Source: Mobula birostris (lineage: Eukaryota). From it: DNA of 64,000 bases. The position numbers were made by a program, and so were the translations under genes. Positions within the stretch are counted from its first letter, which is position 1. Each line of letters opens with the position of its first letter. The stretch is from the NCBI RefSeq assembly GCF_030028105.1, contig NC_092400.1, forward strand, positions 15,066,001 to 15,130,000. The letters are read 5' to 3'. Shown in pieces: positions 1 to 13,069 of this stretch. The notes under the pieces are model-generated. The model had not been told where the DNA came from and ran no database searches. It saw only the letters and a list, made by a program, of their open reading frames with translations.

Positions 1-64
1 CTGAAATGTCTTGACAAAACATCAGCAAGTTAGGGTCGGTTCATGGAGTATTTTGTCTTCACAG

Positions 65-145
65 GGCACGCTCATTCAGCACCTGAAGGAGCACATTCTC
101 CATGGCAACGTGAGCAGCAGTGATGTCATTATCTACTACTCTTCA
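65..145 (+). CDS. AACS: AACS coding exon (approx. exon 9): [27 protein letters not shown]
   Basis: Acceptor ttcacag at 58-64, donor gtaagt at 146; 81 nt, phase 0-0. Confidence 0.96.
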
Positions 146-1278
146 GTAAGTGCAGATTGTTGTGTGCATGAATAATGCACGGTACAGGAAAGATTTATCA
201 CCTTCTCGTTGTTGAAGAACAAATGAACCTCTACGGTTGTCAAAAGCCAGTCATTTAATTTGCATAACCTAGAGCAGCAAAGCTCTTTCTGCAAAACTAA
301 GATGACTGTACTTCAATTTGTTTTCATTTCAGGTGAAAAAAAATTTAAACTGACCATGAAATTGAAAAGGTGGGGTGTCTTGAGTGTTATGGAGCCGGCT
401 TAGTGATATTGTAACTTGGTCCCAGCGAGTGTTATGTCATTTCGGTTATTCTTGCAGTGGGAATTGTAATGGTACAAGTCACTTCCAAATAAATTAAAAT
501 TGGAGTGGGGAGGGAGGGAGGAGAGGGGCTTGTTTTGCTGTTGTTTTGTTGTATTCTGTGTTGTTCTGCGGGATGCTGTGGCCATGTTGTGTTGGTGCTG
601 GGATGTGTGGTGGATGCTTGTGGCTTGCCCCCAGCACATGCTTGGGTGCTTGGTTGTGAATGCAAAGGGGCACATTTCACTATGTTAACGTGTACATGTG
701 ATGAATACATCTAAAATCTGAAATTTGTCCTTGTTTCTGTTGTGGGTCCTGGATAACTGCTCTTTTCCCTCCTTCAAAAATGGTTGTCGTTCACCATGCT
801 TCCCCTGAAATTTTGTGCTTCCGTAACATCACTCCTTTACCTTGGCTAACTCTGAGATTCTTCCTAGTGAAGGAATTGTCCAATTGCATATTAGCTTAGG
901 AGGCTCTGATGTGGATTTCCTTTGGAGATTGGATGACTTGAGAAAGACTTGCCCACTTGAGTATCTTCTCTGTCATTGTTTCTTCTTGCTGTGTGCGTTC
1001 CATTTATGCTGCTCCTGTGTTTCTTTTATTCCTCGTACTTCTCCCTTTCCCGTTCACTATTCCCAAGTTCCTGTTTCCAGCCACCAAGGTGACACTGTTT
1101 CCCCTCCAGGAGAACAGTTACCCATTAAAGAAGTCCAGGTGTCCTTCAACTCATTTCCTTATGTAGTTCAATGAAGTAATTTCTTTCTGAAATATAATAG
1201 CATTAGCTTTACAGACCTTGCCCATTCCTTTCAGGGTAACTCAGTGTTTATCACAGCCGATAATGGAATATTTTGAAG

Positions 1279-2082
1279 AGAATCAGATTTAGTATCAATG
1301 GCATATGTCGTGAAAATAGCTAACTTTGCTGCAGCAGTACAATGCAATACATGATAAATATAGAAAAAACCTGAATTGCATTAAGTATATATATAGTATA
1401 CATGTGCTAAATATGTCATGAAATGGTGTTTGTGGGTTCAATGTCCATTTAGAGATCATGCAGCGGGGGGAAGAAGCTGTTTCTGAATCGCTGAATGTGT
1501 GCCTTCAGGCTTCTGTACCTCCTTCCTGATGGTAACAATGAGAAGAGGACATGTCCTGGGTGGTGGGGGTCTTTAATGGTGGATGCCGCCTTTCTGAGGC
1601 ACTACTTCTTGAAGATTATCTTGGATAGTATGGAGGCTAGTCCCCATGACGGAGCTGACTAATTTTATAGCTCTCGATCCTTTGCAGTAGCCACCACCTC
1701 TCATACCAGGCGGTGATGTGGCCAGTCAGAATACTCCTCATGGTACATCTGTAGAAGTTTTCAAGTGTTTTAGGTGACAAACCAAATCTCCTCAAACTCC
1801 TGATGGAAATATAGCTGCTTTTCCTGCCTTTATAGCTGTGTTGGTGTGTTGGGACCAGATTAGATCCTTGGAGATCTTGACCCCCAGGAACTTGAAATTG
1901 CTCACTCTCTTCACTTCTGATCCCTGAGGAAGTCCAGAATCAGCTCTTTTGTCTTACTGAGTGCAGGGTAGTTGCTGTGACACCACTCAACCAGCTGGTA
2001 TATCTCGCTCCCGTGCGCCCTCTCATCACCATCTGAGGTTCTGGCAACAATGGTGGTTGTATCATCAGCAAATTTATTCGCT
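1279..2082 (-). mobile_element. Rex1/Babar-type LINE, 3' fragment, degenerate
   Basis: ORF 1911..2144 contains KFADDTT..ELIL.DF.R, the Rex1-like RT C-terminal half. Its 3' region is shared with the copies at about 9.9, 25 and 58 kb. Confidence 0.8.
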
Positions 2083-2784
2083 GTATGACACATGGAAGCC
2101 AATTTGTCCAGGGTGCTGGTATCACTCAACAGGTCAGGCAGCATCTGTGGAGAGAAAAATGATTCTAATGTTTCAGGTCTTGAGACCTTTTGACAGAGTC
2201 ATAAGAGCAACATGACCATATAAGCTGCTTCAGAAATGTTGACTGGGGGAAAGCAATTAGTTAACTTAGAAACATAGAAAACCTACATTACAATACAGGT
2301 CTTTTGGCCTACAATGCTATGCCGAACGTGTACTTACTTTAGAAATTACCTAGCCTTCTATTTTTCTAAGCTCCATGTACCTATCCAGGAGTCCCTTTAA
2401 AAGACCCTATCGTATCCGCCTCCACCACTGGCTGCCCATTCCACGCACTCACCACTCTGTGCGTAAAAAAACAAAACAACAACAACAACTTACCCCTGAC
2501 ATCTCCTCTGTACCTACTTCCAAGCACCTTCTAAGACACCGGGGGATTCCTCTCCTGTGTTCCCAGATGGTGTCAGGAGTAAAGGTACATTATTACGGCA
2601 GCACATTATCCAAGAGGATGGGAAATCAGACTGGTGAAAGATAGCCATTTTGAAGGAGGAAACAGTAATATTCAATAACTTCCAGTCGACAACAGAAGCA
2701 AGACCAAACGTTAACACTGAACTGTAAGATCGCTACCTGACATTTGAGTAAAATTGTGTGTCTTTTCCTGATTCTGTTCTCTAG

Positions 2785-2909
2785 ACTGGCTGGATGATGT
2801 GGAACTGGCTCATATCAGCTCTTGCTACAGGAGCCTCTGTTGTCCTGTACGATGGATCCCCTCTGATTCCCTCTCCGAATGTACTGTGGGATTTAGTGGA
2901 CAAACTTGG
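2785..2909 (+). CDS. AACS: AACS coding exon (approx. exon 10): [42 protein letters not shown]
   Basis: Acceptor ttctctag, donor gtgaga at 2910; 125 nt; carries the GWMMWNW and LYDGSP AACS motifs. Confidence 0.97.
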
Positions 2910-4372
2910 GTGAGACATTGTTATGTACTTCTTGGATCACAGGAACATGGTTGAAATTCAGTACTGAAGAAAAGGCAAAACATTTTTTTTAAAGTGAAAA
3001 TTGGGGGAGCGGGGAGCAGCAGATACTGGAATTCTGAAATAAATACAGTGAAAACGTGCAGCAGTTTGGACAGTGTATATGGAAAGAGAAAATGAGTTAA
3101 TACTTTAGGTATGAGACCCTCCACGAGAATGGCTTCCCACTGACCCAGGTGTGCCCAGAATTTCTATTTTTCTGAAGGAGTGTTTAATAATTTAATAACA
3201 TTTAATATTTTAATAATTTAATTTTAAAGATGTTGCAGATACTTTTATATGGGTTTTTGCATTCAGTACTAGAAATTTTTAGTACCTTTAAATTTGAATC
3301 TAATAAATCTCTCTAGTCATTTATGGTATCTGTAGTACTGGTTTCAGATTTAATATGTATCAAAATGGATCTTCAATGAAAATATGACATGCACGTAAAT
3401 AGTATTCATATGAAAACTTAATATTTATTTTTTAAACTTACCCCAGTACTCGCTCATCCAAATATTCCAAAAACTAATTGGTAGTTATAGCGGTTATTCA
3501 GCTCTGGATCAACCTTGTTTTGAATGAGATGTACAGAAAAAAATTGATCATTATGAATGATTTGTGATAGGTTTTTGTATTGGCAGTCTAATGTGGTGGA
3601 AACAAGGTTTTACTTGTCAATATTTTGTCATCTTCAATGTGGGCAGAGTAGTAACACTCTCTGATATTGGCAATATATCAGGTTCTTTGGGTAAGGCTTT
3701 GGGTATTTGTGCTCATAGATTGCCACAGCACAGAAACAGGCCCTTTGGGCCATCTAATCTGTGTTGGACTGGTATTCTGCTTAGTCCGATTGATTTGCAC
3801 CTGGACTATAGCCCTCAATGTAGCCCTTCCAGCTATGTTATATAGTTATCTAAACTTCTGTTAGATATTTCGGTTAAATCAGCATCCACCACGTCCGTTG
3901 GCACCTCCTTCCACACCTGCACCGCCCTCAAGAGGGAAGAAGTTCCTCCTCGGTTCCCACTGGAGGTTTGCAGTTCATTAGGGAATTGCATTGACTTTAT
4001 TACTTAAATCCTTCACATACATGAGTAAAAATCTTTACGTTACGTCTCCGTCTAAATGCTCAATGTGCAATTTATAGTAATCTGTAATAAATACTGGACA
4101 GTCAATAAAACATAGAAATATAATTGTATCAGCGTGAATTAATCAGTCTGATGGCCTGGTGGAAGAAGCTGTCCTGGAGCCTGTTGGTCCTGGCTTTTAT
4201 GCTGCGGTACCGTTTCCCGGATGGTAGCAGCTGGAATAGATTGTGGTTAGGGTGACTCGGGTCCCCAGTGATCCTTCAGGCCTTTTTTACAGAAGGTGGA
4301 ATAAAAAAGAATGACTTTACGTATGATTACTTGTAACTTTGGGTTATAGCTTTTTTTTAAAAGGAGGAAGTA

Positions 4373-5789
4373 TAGTGTATTCTGGTTAATTGAGCCCTCG
4401 GTTAATCGGGGCAGCTACTTATTTGGGACAACTCTTAAAGAACAAAAACTAATGGACAAAATAGCCAGGATTCCCTTCGTTTATTTGGGACACTGTGTTG
4501 CTTAATTGGGACAGGAGAACTACTGAACAGTTTCTGACTAGTTGCTTGCACTTTTGTGGCCTTTAGAGCAAACAGTTTTTCAATAGTGTCAGTGGCATGT
4601 GTTTCTGTTCAAAAAGCAGTGATTTTTGTCACTGATTGTTAGTGAGAATTAAGCAGCAAGGCAATTCAGAATTGTTTTGCTCACTGCGATTTCAAGCATT
4701 CAGGCATCGCAATGCCAGAAATCGCCCCTCTCCTGGGAAGATGGCAATGCACTTGGACCCCGTGGCCACTCTGGGTCCAATCAAAGGTGCGTTTGTTCAT
4801 CTTGTAGGTCTTTTTTACGATCGCAAGCCACTGCTGGATACTAAGATGACCAAATACCGCAGGACTATCCCATCAGCGAATTCCTCGATAGCGATGGAGC
4901 TAGGCTTATTACATACCATCGGACTTGTGTACTGTTGTGCCAAGGAGGAATGATTTCTTATCCAAAGAATGAGAAGGAATTTCTTTATTGTGATTGCACG
5001 TCTGGGTCGCTGGCTTATTGGTGAGACCGACTGTGGGGGAGCTATGTTGCCTCAACTATACACTCAGTGCTGCCCTCTGGTGTTCGCTTGGTGGAAGAGC
5101 ATACTGGACCAAGCCAATTTACCATCAATCTAGTCATGCCATACAGGGACTTGGGCTATATTACTATATTTTCCTCTGTGACTGTTTTACCAAAATTGTA
5201 ATGACACGTGCCAGTTATGCTATGTGCAGTGTGCTGTATGCAGTATGCAGTTGGTAATGTGCATTGCACGTTGGCCCCAAAGGAATGGCATTTCATTTGG
5301 CTGTATTTGGGTATGGTTAAATGTTAATTAAGCTTAAGCTTTAAGCTTTAAACTTGAAACAATTTCACTCCTTCAGCAAGTTAGCAACTAAGAAGAATTT
5401 GAAGGTATCGACGATTGTCTTGAATGTTATAATGAAAATGAAGATTTGGAGGATGCAATCATTGTAAAATTGTATGACAGCAATCTCCACTGGGCATTTG
5501 CGCTGATTTTGTTCATTTTCAGTCAATTAGAGGAAAGTTGCAGATGAATTCCTCCGTCGATAACTATTAGGAACTAGCACACAGTTTTACAGTATTATAG
5601 TAATATTGGTAGTATTCTACTTTGTTCTGTATTTCATTTAAATACATAACCTGTTATTCAGTTAAATGGTAGTTTGTCTTTTATATATATTTTTAACTAT
5701 TTCCATGAAACTTTGGCTAAGTGGGGCAGTTGATTAATTGGGCCAAAGTGTTTTGGTCCCGATGTGTCTCAATTATCTGAAATTCACTA
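4373..5789. mobile_element. Non-autonomous Tc1/mariner-superfamily (Tigger/pogo-like) DNA transposon with an internal ~0.63 kb insertion
   Basis: Imperfect TIRs tagtgtattctggttaattgag / ctcaattatctgaaattcacta, TA at the left flank; colinear with the second copy at 51827..52571. Confidence 0.75.
4723..5356 (+). mobile_element. Non-coding retroposon (SINE-like) with a Rex1-type 3' tail, inserted in the Tigger-like element
   Basis: Absent from the 51.8 kb copy. Its 3' end resembles the reverse complement of 29406..29500 and finishes in short tandem units (taagct)n-aaacttga. Confidence 0.6.
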
Positions 5790-5899
5790 TGTTCCCTGCA
5801 CTTTTTGATCAATTTGAACAGATGTTTTTTTTATTCACTGTTGTATATTATGTATTTGACATTACTTCTGTTTGAAGGAACTTCAGTTAAATCCAGTTA

Positions 5900-6800
5900 A
5901 CTCCTGTAAAACAGTTAAGTTGGCTCTGAGGAGGCGAGCAGAGGGTGGTGGTTGCAGGTTGTTTCTGGGGTTGGATGCCAGTGTCTAGTGGGGAGCCGCA
6001 GGGACTGGCATTGGAGCTCCTGTCATTCATTATTTCTGCAGATGATTTGGATGCACGCACGTTTTTTTCAGTACGTTTGCGGATGTCATGAACTTGGAGG
6101 TGTTGTTAGTGACTTGTACAATGAATGGTATGGCACTAGGGAATGCAATAGAACAGAGAGACCTAGGATTATTCTTTGCAAACCTCAGAATATTTTATGT
6201 AAAATTCATTAAAAGCAGCGCCACAAGTAGACATCGTGTTGAGAAGGGGACGTAGCATGCGGCCCTCATCAGTCAGGGCACCGAGTGTTGGGGTTGGGAC
6301 ATTAGGTTGCAATTGTACAAAACATTAGGGACGTTACACTTGGAGTATTGTGTTCCTGTTGGGAAAGATGTGGCTAAGATGGAAAACACTTGAGGGTGTT
6401 CCCCAGAGGAGAGAGCCTGAATTATAGGAAGAGTCCTCAGAACTTCGGAGAATGTGGGGTGACCTTATAGAAATGTTTAAAATAAAGAGGTGGATGGATA
6501 AGCTGGATGGTAATAGGCTTTTCCAAAGGTGGGGAGTCTAAAACAGGTGGTCACCGGTTTGGGGTGAGAGGAGAAAGATTTAAAGGGGACCCGAGGGCAA
6601 CCTTTTCGTGCAGAGGGTGGTGAGGATATGGAATGAATTGGCTGAGGCAGACACAACCGTATCAACTAAGATGGGTACATAGAGGGGCAGCGAGCAGAGA
6701 AATAAGGGCCAAACACAGGAAACTGGGACCAGCTGAGTGGTCAACATGCACACATTGGGCTGAAGGGGCCTGCATCTGTGCTAGATTGCTCTATGACTCC
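5900..6800 (+). mobile_element. CR1 LINE, old degenerate RT/3' fragment
   Basis: Eroded matches to the 7.6 kb copy (ttggagtattgtgt, ggggtgaccttatag, tatggaatgaattg) and a CR1-like 3' end. Confidence 0.7.
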
Positions 6801-7600
6801 AAACTCATTCCTGTTCCATATTGAGGTGAGTGTATCTCAGCCTAGGATGCATTTCTGGTGGCTTCACTTGTACAGTGGCCTAAAAACTACTGTCAGTGTC
6901 ACACTGTCGAGTTTAGCTCTTGTCATTCTGTTTTGTAGGCGTTGGCAGTGGGAATGTTGGGGCACAATCGTTTTTACTTGGCAGAATTGCGGTAATGTCT
7001 GTCCGATAATTTAAAAATGAACTGTTGAGCAAATAGATTGTTTAACATGGTTCAAAGGTTCATTTATTGTCCAAGTATGCAACTCTGAGATTCGCCTTCT
7101 CCAGGTAGCCACAAAGCAAGGAAAACCAAGGAATTTGTTCAAAGAGAAACATCAAACCCACTCCCCCTGTACAAAAAAGAACAGTAGCATGATCCCCAAC
7201 CCCTGAATTCCCCTCCCCTCACACAAAAAAACCGAACAAAACGTAGCTAAATTGGTGACTGAGTTTTCAGCGTTACAGTTTATTAGTACTTCTGATTATT
7301 AAAATTTTACCAATCACAATTTTGAGTCACCGGACTCAAGAGAATTACGAAGGATCTGGAGAGTCTTGTTCCAGAGGTAATGACGTAGAAGTGGTAACAG
7401 TCAGGCTCTTAATTTTGAATCAGTATTTTATATAAAAAAAGACGTGTAAATAGGTTACAAAAAACAACTGATTTCTGTTTTGACTTTTGCTGACACTTCC
7501 AAGTTAGTAAGCCAAAGTTTTTAAAAAAATCAGTTGAAAGTATATCTATTATCAAAGTACGTATCCATTATATAATTTTCATACAGTATCCTTTTAATTT

Positions 7601-9127
7601 GTTAATGTAGAAATAGCAGGGGCTCTGACAGAAATATTTCAAATGTCATTAGAAACGGGGATGGTGCCGGAGGATTGGCGTATTGCTCATGTTGTTCCAT
7701 TGTTTAAAAAGGGTTCTAAGAGTAAACCTGGCAATTATCGGCCTGTGAGTTTGATGTCAGTGGTGGGTAAATTGATGGAAAGTATTCTTAGAGATGGTAT
7801 ATATAATTATCTGGATAGACAGGGTCTGATTAGGAACAGTCAACATGGATTTGTGCGTGAAAGGTCATGTTTGACGAATCTTATTGAGTTTTTTGATGAG
7901 GTTACTAAGAAAGTTGACGAGGGTAAAACGGTGAATGTTGTCCATATGGACTTCAGTAAGGCCTTTGACAAGGTTCCACACGGAAGGTTAGTTAGGAAGG
8001 TTCAATCGTTAGGCATTAATATGGAAGTAGTAAAATGGATTCAGCAGTGGCTGGATGGGAGATGCCGGAGAGTAGTGGTGGATAACTGTGTGTCAGATTG
8101 GAGGACGGTGTTTAGTGGTGTGCCTCAGGGATCTGTACTGGGTCCAATGTTGTTTGTAATATATATTAATGATCTGGATGATGGGGTGGTAAATTGGATT
8201 AGTAAGTATGCAGATGATACTAAGATAGGTAGTGTTGTGGATGATGAGGTAGGTTTTCAAAGCTTGCAGAGAAATTTAGGACAGTTAGAAGAGTGGGCTG
8301 AAAGATGGCAGATGGAGTTTAATGCTGAAAAATGTGAGGTGCTACATTTTGGTAGAACTAATCAAAATAGGACATACATGGTAAATGGTAGGGCATTAAA
8401 GAATGCTTTAGAACAGAGGGATCTTGGAATAATGGTGCATAGTTCCCTGAAGATGGAATCTCATGTGGATAGGGTGGTGAAGGAAGCTTTTGGTTTGCTG
8501 GCCTCTATTAATCAGAGCATTGAGTATAGGAGTTGGGATGTAATGTTGAATTTGTATAAGGCATTGGTAAGGCCAAATCTGGAGAATTGTGTACAGTTCT
8601 GGTCACTGAATTATAGGAAAGATGTCAATAAAATTGAGAGAGTACAGAGGAGGTTTACTAAAATGTTGCCTGGGTTTCATCTCCTAAGTTACAGAGAAAG
8701 GTTGAACAAGTTGGGTCTTTATTCTTTGGAGCGTAGAAGGTTGAGGGGGGACTTGATGGAGGTGTTTAAAATTATGAAGGGGATTGATAGTGTTGACGTG
8801 GTTAGACTTTTTCCATTGAGAGTGGGGAAGATTCAAACAAGAGGGCATGGGTTCAGAATTAGAGGACAAAAGTTTAGGGGTAACATGAGGGAGAACTTCT
8901 TTACTCAGAAAGCGATAGCTGTGTGGAATGAGCTTCCAGCAGAAGTGGTTGAGGCAGGTTCTATGTTGTCGTTTAAAGTTAAATTGGATAGATATATGGA
9001 CAGGAAAGGAATGGAGGGTTATGGGCTGAGTGCAGGTCGGTGGGACTAGGTGAAAGTAAGAGTTCAGCATGGACTAGAAGGGCCGAGATGGCCTGTTTCC
9101 CTGCTGTAATTGTTATATGATTATATA
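7601..9127 (+). mobile_element. CR1 LINE, 5'-truncated, young; intact RT and C-terminal frame (ORF 7643..9049, 468 aa)
   Basis: Motifs NYRPVSL, QHGF, DFSKAFDKVPH, GVPQGSVLGP, YADDTK and YKALVRP; no internal stop; short 3' UTR ending gttatatgattatata. Confidence 0.95.
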
Positions 9128-9634
9128 ACTTAGTGATGCCTAGAGACTTAACCTTCAGCAGTGTCCTTGTTGCACAGGAGCACAAAGTGGTTGGATTGTG
9201 GTGGGACGTCTGTAGGATAGAGCTGATTGAAAGTTGACTTCAATGAGCTTCATTCTACAGAAACAAACTTTGGAAAATTATTCAACTTATTCCAGCAAAG
9301 CAAAATGGTGAAAACCTTGAAAACTTTTGTGATGCATTTTGTGCTCTATTGAGACAGATGGAAGATCGATGTGCAATGTTTTTGTAATATTTTTTCACTA
9401 CTAAGAATCATTGATATAATCATAAATTGGCCCTTATCCGATTTCTAGATTTAGGTTAGTTGCTCAAAAGAATTAACGTGGCAGACAAATAAAAGCAGTT
9501 TTCTTTGCTGCTCAGAGGAACAGGACATAGAAACTGAAATTTGTGTTTATTTTTTGCATTTAGTATATTGACATGAAGATATGTGAAGTGAAATAAAAAC
9601 TAGAAGAATCTCTGTTTTAAAAGAAATGGTAGAT

Positions 9635-10450
9635 TGATTTACTATTGTATGTACTGAGGTATAGTGGAAAACCTTACTTTGCATGCCATTCATATCAGTC
9701 AATCCTTACAGCAGTGCATTGAGGTAGGACAAGGGAAAACAGTGATAGAACAGAGAATAACGTGTTACAGAATTGGAATTGGTTTACTATTGTTACAAGT
9801 ACTCAGCTAAAATAAATAGGCAATGCAAAAATAGAAATTAAAAAAAATAGTGAGGTAGCGTTCATGGGTTGAATGTCCATTTAGAAATCAGATCCTAGAG
9901 GGGAAGAAGCTGTTGCTGAATCGTTGAGTGTGTGCCTTCAGGCTCCTGTACCTCCTTCCTGATGGGTAGCAATGAGAAGAGGGCATGCCTTGGGTGATGG
10001 TGGGTGGTTCTTAATGATGGATACTGATTTTTTGAAGCGTCACTCCTTGAAGATGCCCTGTATACTACGGAGGCTAGTGCCCATGATGGAACTGACTTAA
10101 GTTTTCTTCGATCTGTGCAGTAGCCCCCCCCCCCCACCCCATAGCAGACGGCGACGCAGCCTGTTAGAATGCTCTCCACGGAATCAATAACAGAATGCAG
10201 AATAAAGTTTTAACAGCTGCAGAGAAAGTGCAGTACAGGTGCAAGATCATAACGGTGTAGACTGTGAGGTCAAGAGTGCATCTTATTGTACTAGGGAACT
10301 TTCAATAGTCTTATAACAGCAGGGTAGAAGCTGTCCTCGATCCTGGTGGTACATACTTACAGACTTCTGTATCATTGGGAAAGAGGCCAAGAGAAAACGT
10401 CTGGGGTGATTGTGCTGGCTGCTTTAGAGACAGCAAGAGGTGCTGACAAA
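9635..10450 (-). mobile_element. Nested Rex1/Babar-type 3' fragments
   Basis: ORF 9895..10179 (ESILTGC, HPRHALFSLLP) matches the C-terminus of the other Rex-type copies. Confidence 0.7.
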
Positions 10451-11247
10451 GTCACATTGGATAAAAGGACTCATAGGATAGAAAACAAAATCTAAACCCT
10501 GTAAGAGGTCACTGCTTGTAAGTACCTTACAGGATTTTTAAAAAATAAAATATTCTGTTCTCAAATGAAGTAGACATCTCTGTATGAAAGCCTAATTAAA
10601 GTAATTAAGCTTTTTTTTGACGATTTTGATATTTGCACAGTTTGCTCACAGTTAACCGTTCCTGATATTTACAGTTTACATTTACTGTTCTATAGATGTG
10701 CTAAGTACACCCGCAGAATAAAGAATCTCAGGGTTGTGTGTGGCGACATGTATGTGCTCTGATAACAAATTTTACTTTGAACTTTGAGATAACTAGCGTG
10801 TCAGTCAAAGCAGGAATGCTGGCCACCGTCAAAATCGGTAATTCTAGTAATTCTCTGATTACTAGAGCACAATACAGGCTCTTCGGCCTACAATGTTGTG
10901 CCGATCTTTTAACCTACTCTAAGATCCATCTAACCCTTCCCTCCTGCATAGTCCTCCACTTATCTATCGTCCATATTCCTGTCTAAGTTTCTTAAATGTC
11001 CCTGAGGTACTAGATTTTCAACTGGGTTAATGATCTGGGTAAAACCAAATCTGACTAGTTCTTTTATGCCTGAAATTATTTGCTGAGATTACATGTTGAC
11101 ACCATTCCTATCCTGGGAAGTGACAGATTAGTTAAAGACATGCACAATACTGTATATTATGTCCTTTATCACTTAATACTACTGAGCTAATACGAAGCTG
11201 AGTACTCTATTTCTGTTTCCAACCACCTTCCTATTTTAACTAATACA

Positions 11248-11314
11248 CAGAGCTATGCAAAAGTCTTGGGCATCCTAGTTAAATATATGTGCCTAAGACT
11301 TTTGCACAGTACTG
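11248..11314. mobile_element. ~67-bp hairpin MITE of the Tc1 family found at 42.5-45.7 kb
   Basis: tgcaaaagtcttgggca ... tgcctaagacttttgcacagtactg; same TIR as 42482 and 45702. Confidence 0.8.
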
Positions 11315-13069
11315 GACATAGATGCTGAAGTTCGGAAACTTTATGGTATGTGTCCTCTGAGACATTGGCTTATGTGGTACTGCTCACAAAACGTCAGGCC
11401 AGTTGAATCTGTGGAATTCATTGCCACAGACGGCGGTTTTCAGAACTCTGATTACCTTTTTTATTGCTGTTTTTGAGAGTTTGATGGGGGCAATCGAAGC
11501 GGACTGGGGCGCCTTAGCTAAGAATGGCCCCATGATCTGCATTGGCTGGTGCCTCAGCATGGAGCTGAATTAAAATTGGTGTTTGATATTCTATGTGTTG
11601 TTTGCTCACCTCTTGACGTTTGCACAGTTTGCTCTTTCTTTCCTGCGTGTTAGATGTTTGATGTTTTTCCTGAACGGGTTCCATAGGGTTTCTTTGTTTC
11701 GTGACTGTCTGCAGGAGGAAAATCTATGAGTTGTATTCTGCATACATACTTCGATTATAAATATACTTTGTATCTTTGAAAGGGTTAATGAGATACCCAT
11801 GACGGACTGGCAGAACAGATTTGATGGGCTGAATGGCCTAAACCTCCTCTAACTGTGTGTCTTCTGGTCTTATGGCATATATCTAGGAAACTCTTATCAG
11901 TGAGATCTCGATCAAGCTTTAGAGATTTTTATCTTCTCGCTGATCATTTACAGATTAATCAAGATGGTCAGGGTTGGTAAATAGGGAAGATTACGAAAGT
12001 TCAGATTTGGTAGCTGAATAGCACAAAGAACGTGGCATAAATTTCACTATAATTCTAAATGTTGGCATATCCATTGTCTAGAGCCTCCACAGATATGCAA
12101 AATGCTCAGCCGTTTGAGGGGAAAATTGTAACACATGTTAATTGCTAACTTTTGACATCTCACCACAGTTTTTATATTTTAAAGCAGTATTCTCTTTCAA
12201 AGTAATGTGATGTACTGCCTTCAGGCAGATTGATTTTCAGCCTCCATGAGCTGGGAAACATTTTTCAAAGTCACAGATCTGACTAAAGCTTGATACTTTA
12301 AGGCAAGCTTGATCGGGTAGTTTATACCGTGTGGCAAAGGTTGTCCCTTGTTCCCTTCTGACATTTTCGCTCCTTTGATGACAAACAAACACAAAAGTAA
12401 AGTATAAAGGAGCAAAGCCTGACTTTCATACAATGGAATATTCTTCTTAAGAAGTGTTTCTTACAATAAAATGGCAGCAACACTGGGTTAACATGTCTAG
12501 TTTCTTTGTTTACAGAACTGCAGTCTCTTTCTACTTTATGTTAGAACCCAGATTTCATCAGCAGAGGAAATAAAAAAGTCTGTAGTTGCTAAAATTTGGA
12601 GGGGGAAACACAATCTGGTGGAGGAACTCCCATTTTAAGCTGAAAGGTGGACCATTCATTTGCTTCCACAGATGCTGCTTGACCTGCTGAGTTTCTCCAG
12701 CAGTTTGCTTTTTGACCAGTAGAGGGCAGTCTCACCTCATTTACCAACTGAGCATGTTCAGTACAGCATTTTCAAGGCATCATGACATTATAAAGAGTTC
12801 AGAACCTAAAGGCATTCCACACCCATTTACAGGGCTCAGAAATTACTGGGAAAACATTCCTGCATTAAGCTTTAATCATTTATCCCTTGAAGAGAAACTG
12901 GGGAATATTAGAGAAAAAAAATCAGTCAATTTAACATGAGCCCTGCTGAGAGTTTCTGGATTTTATCGCACAGTGTGTATTAAAAGTACCTAGAATGCTT
13001 GGAACAAATGCAAATATGAAATGGTGCCGAACTGAATAGGAAGCAGGCTGTTAGGGGCACATATAGGGG

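Noticed and set aside
7643-9049. 468-aa reverse transcriptase as a retron, DGR, group II intron or defence RT
   Set aside because: The motifs and C-terminus are typical CR1 LINE ORF2, it lies in a spliceosomal intron, and many decayed paralogues surround it.
7568-9128. ttatataa at both sides as the TSD of the young CR1
   Set aside because: The left copy is about 25 nt from the apparent 5' junction, and the motif is low-complexity and overlaps the CR1 tail.
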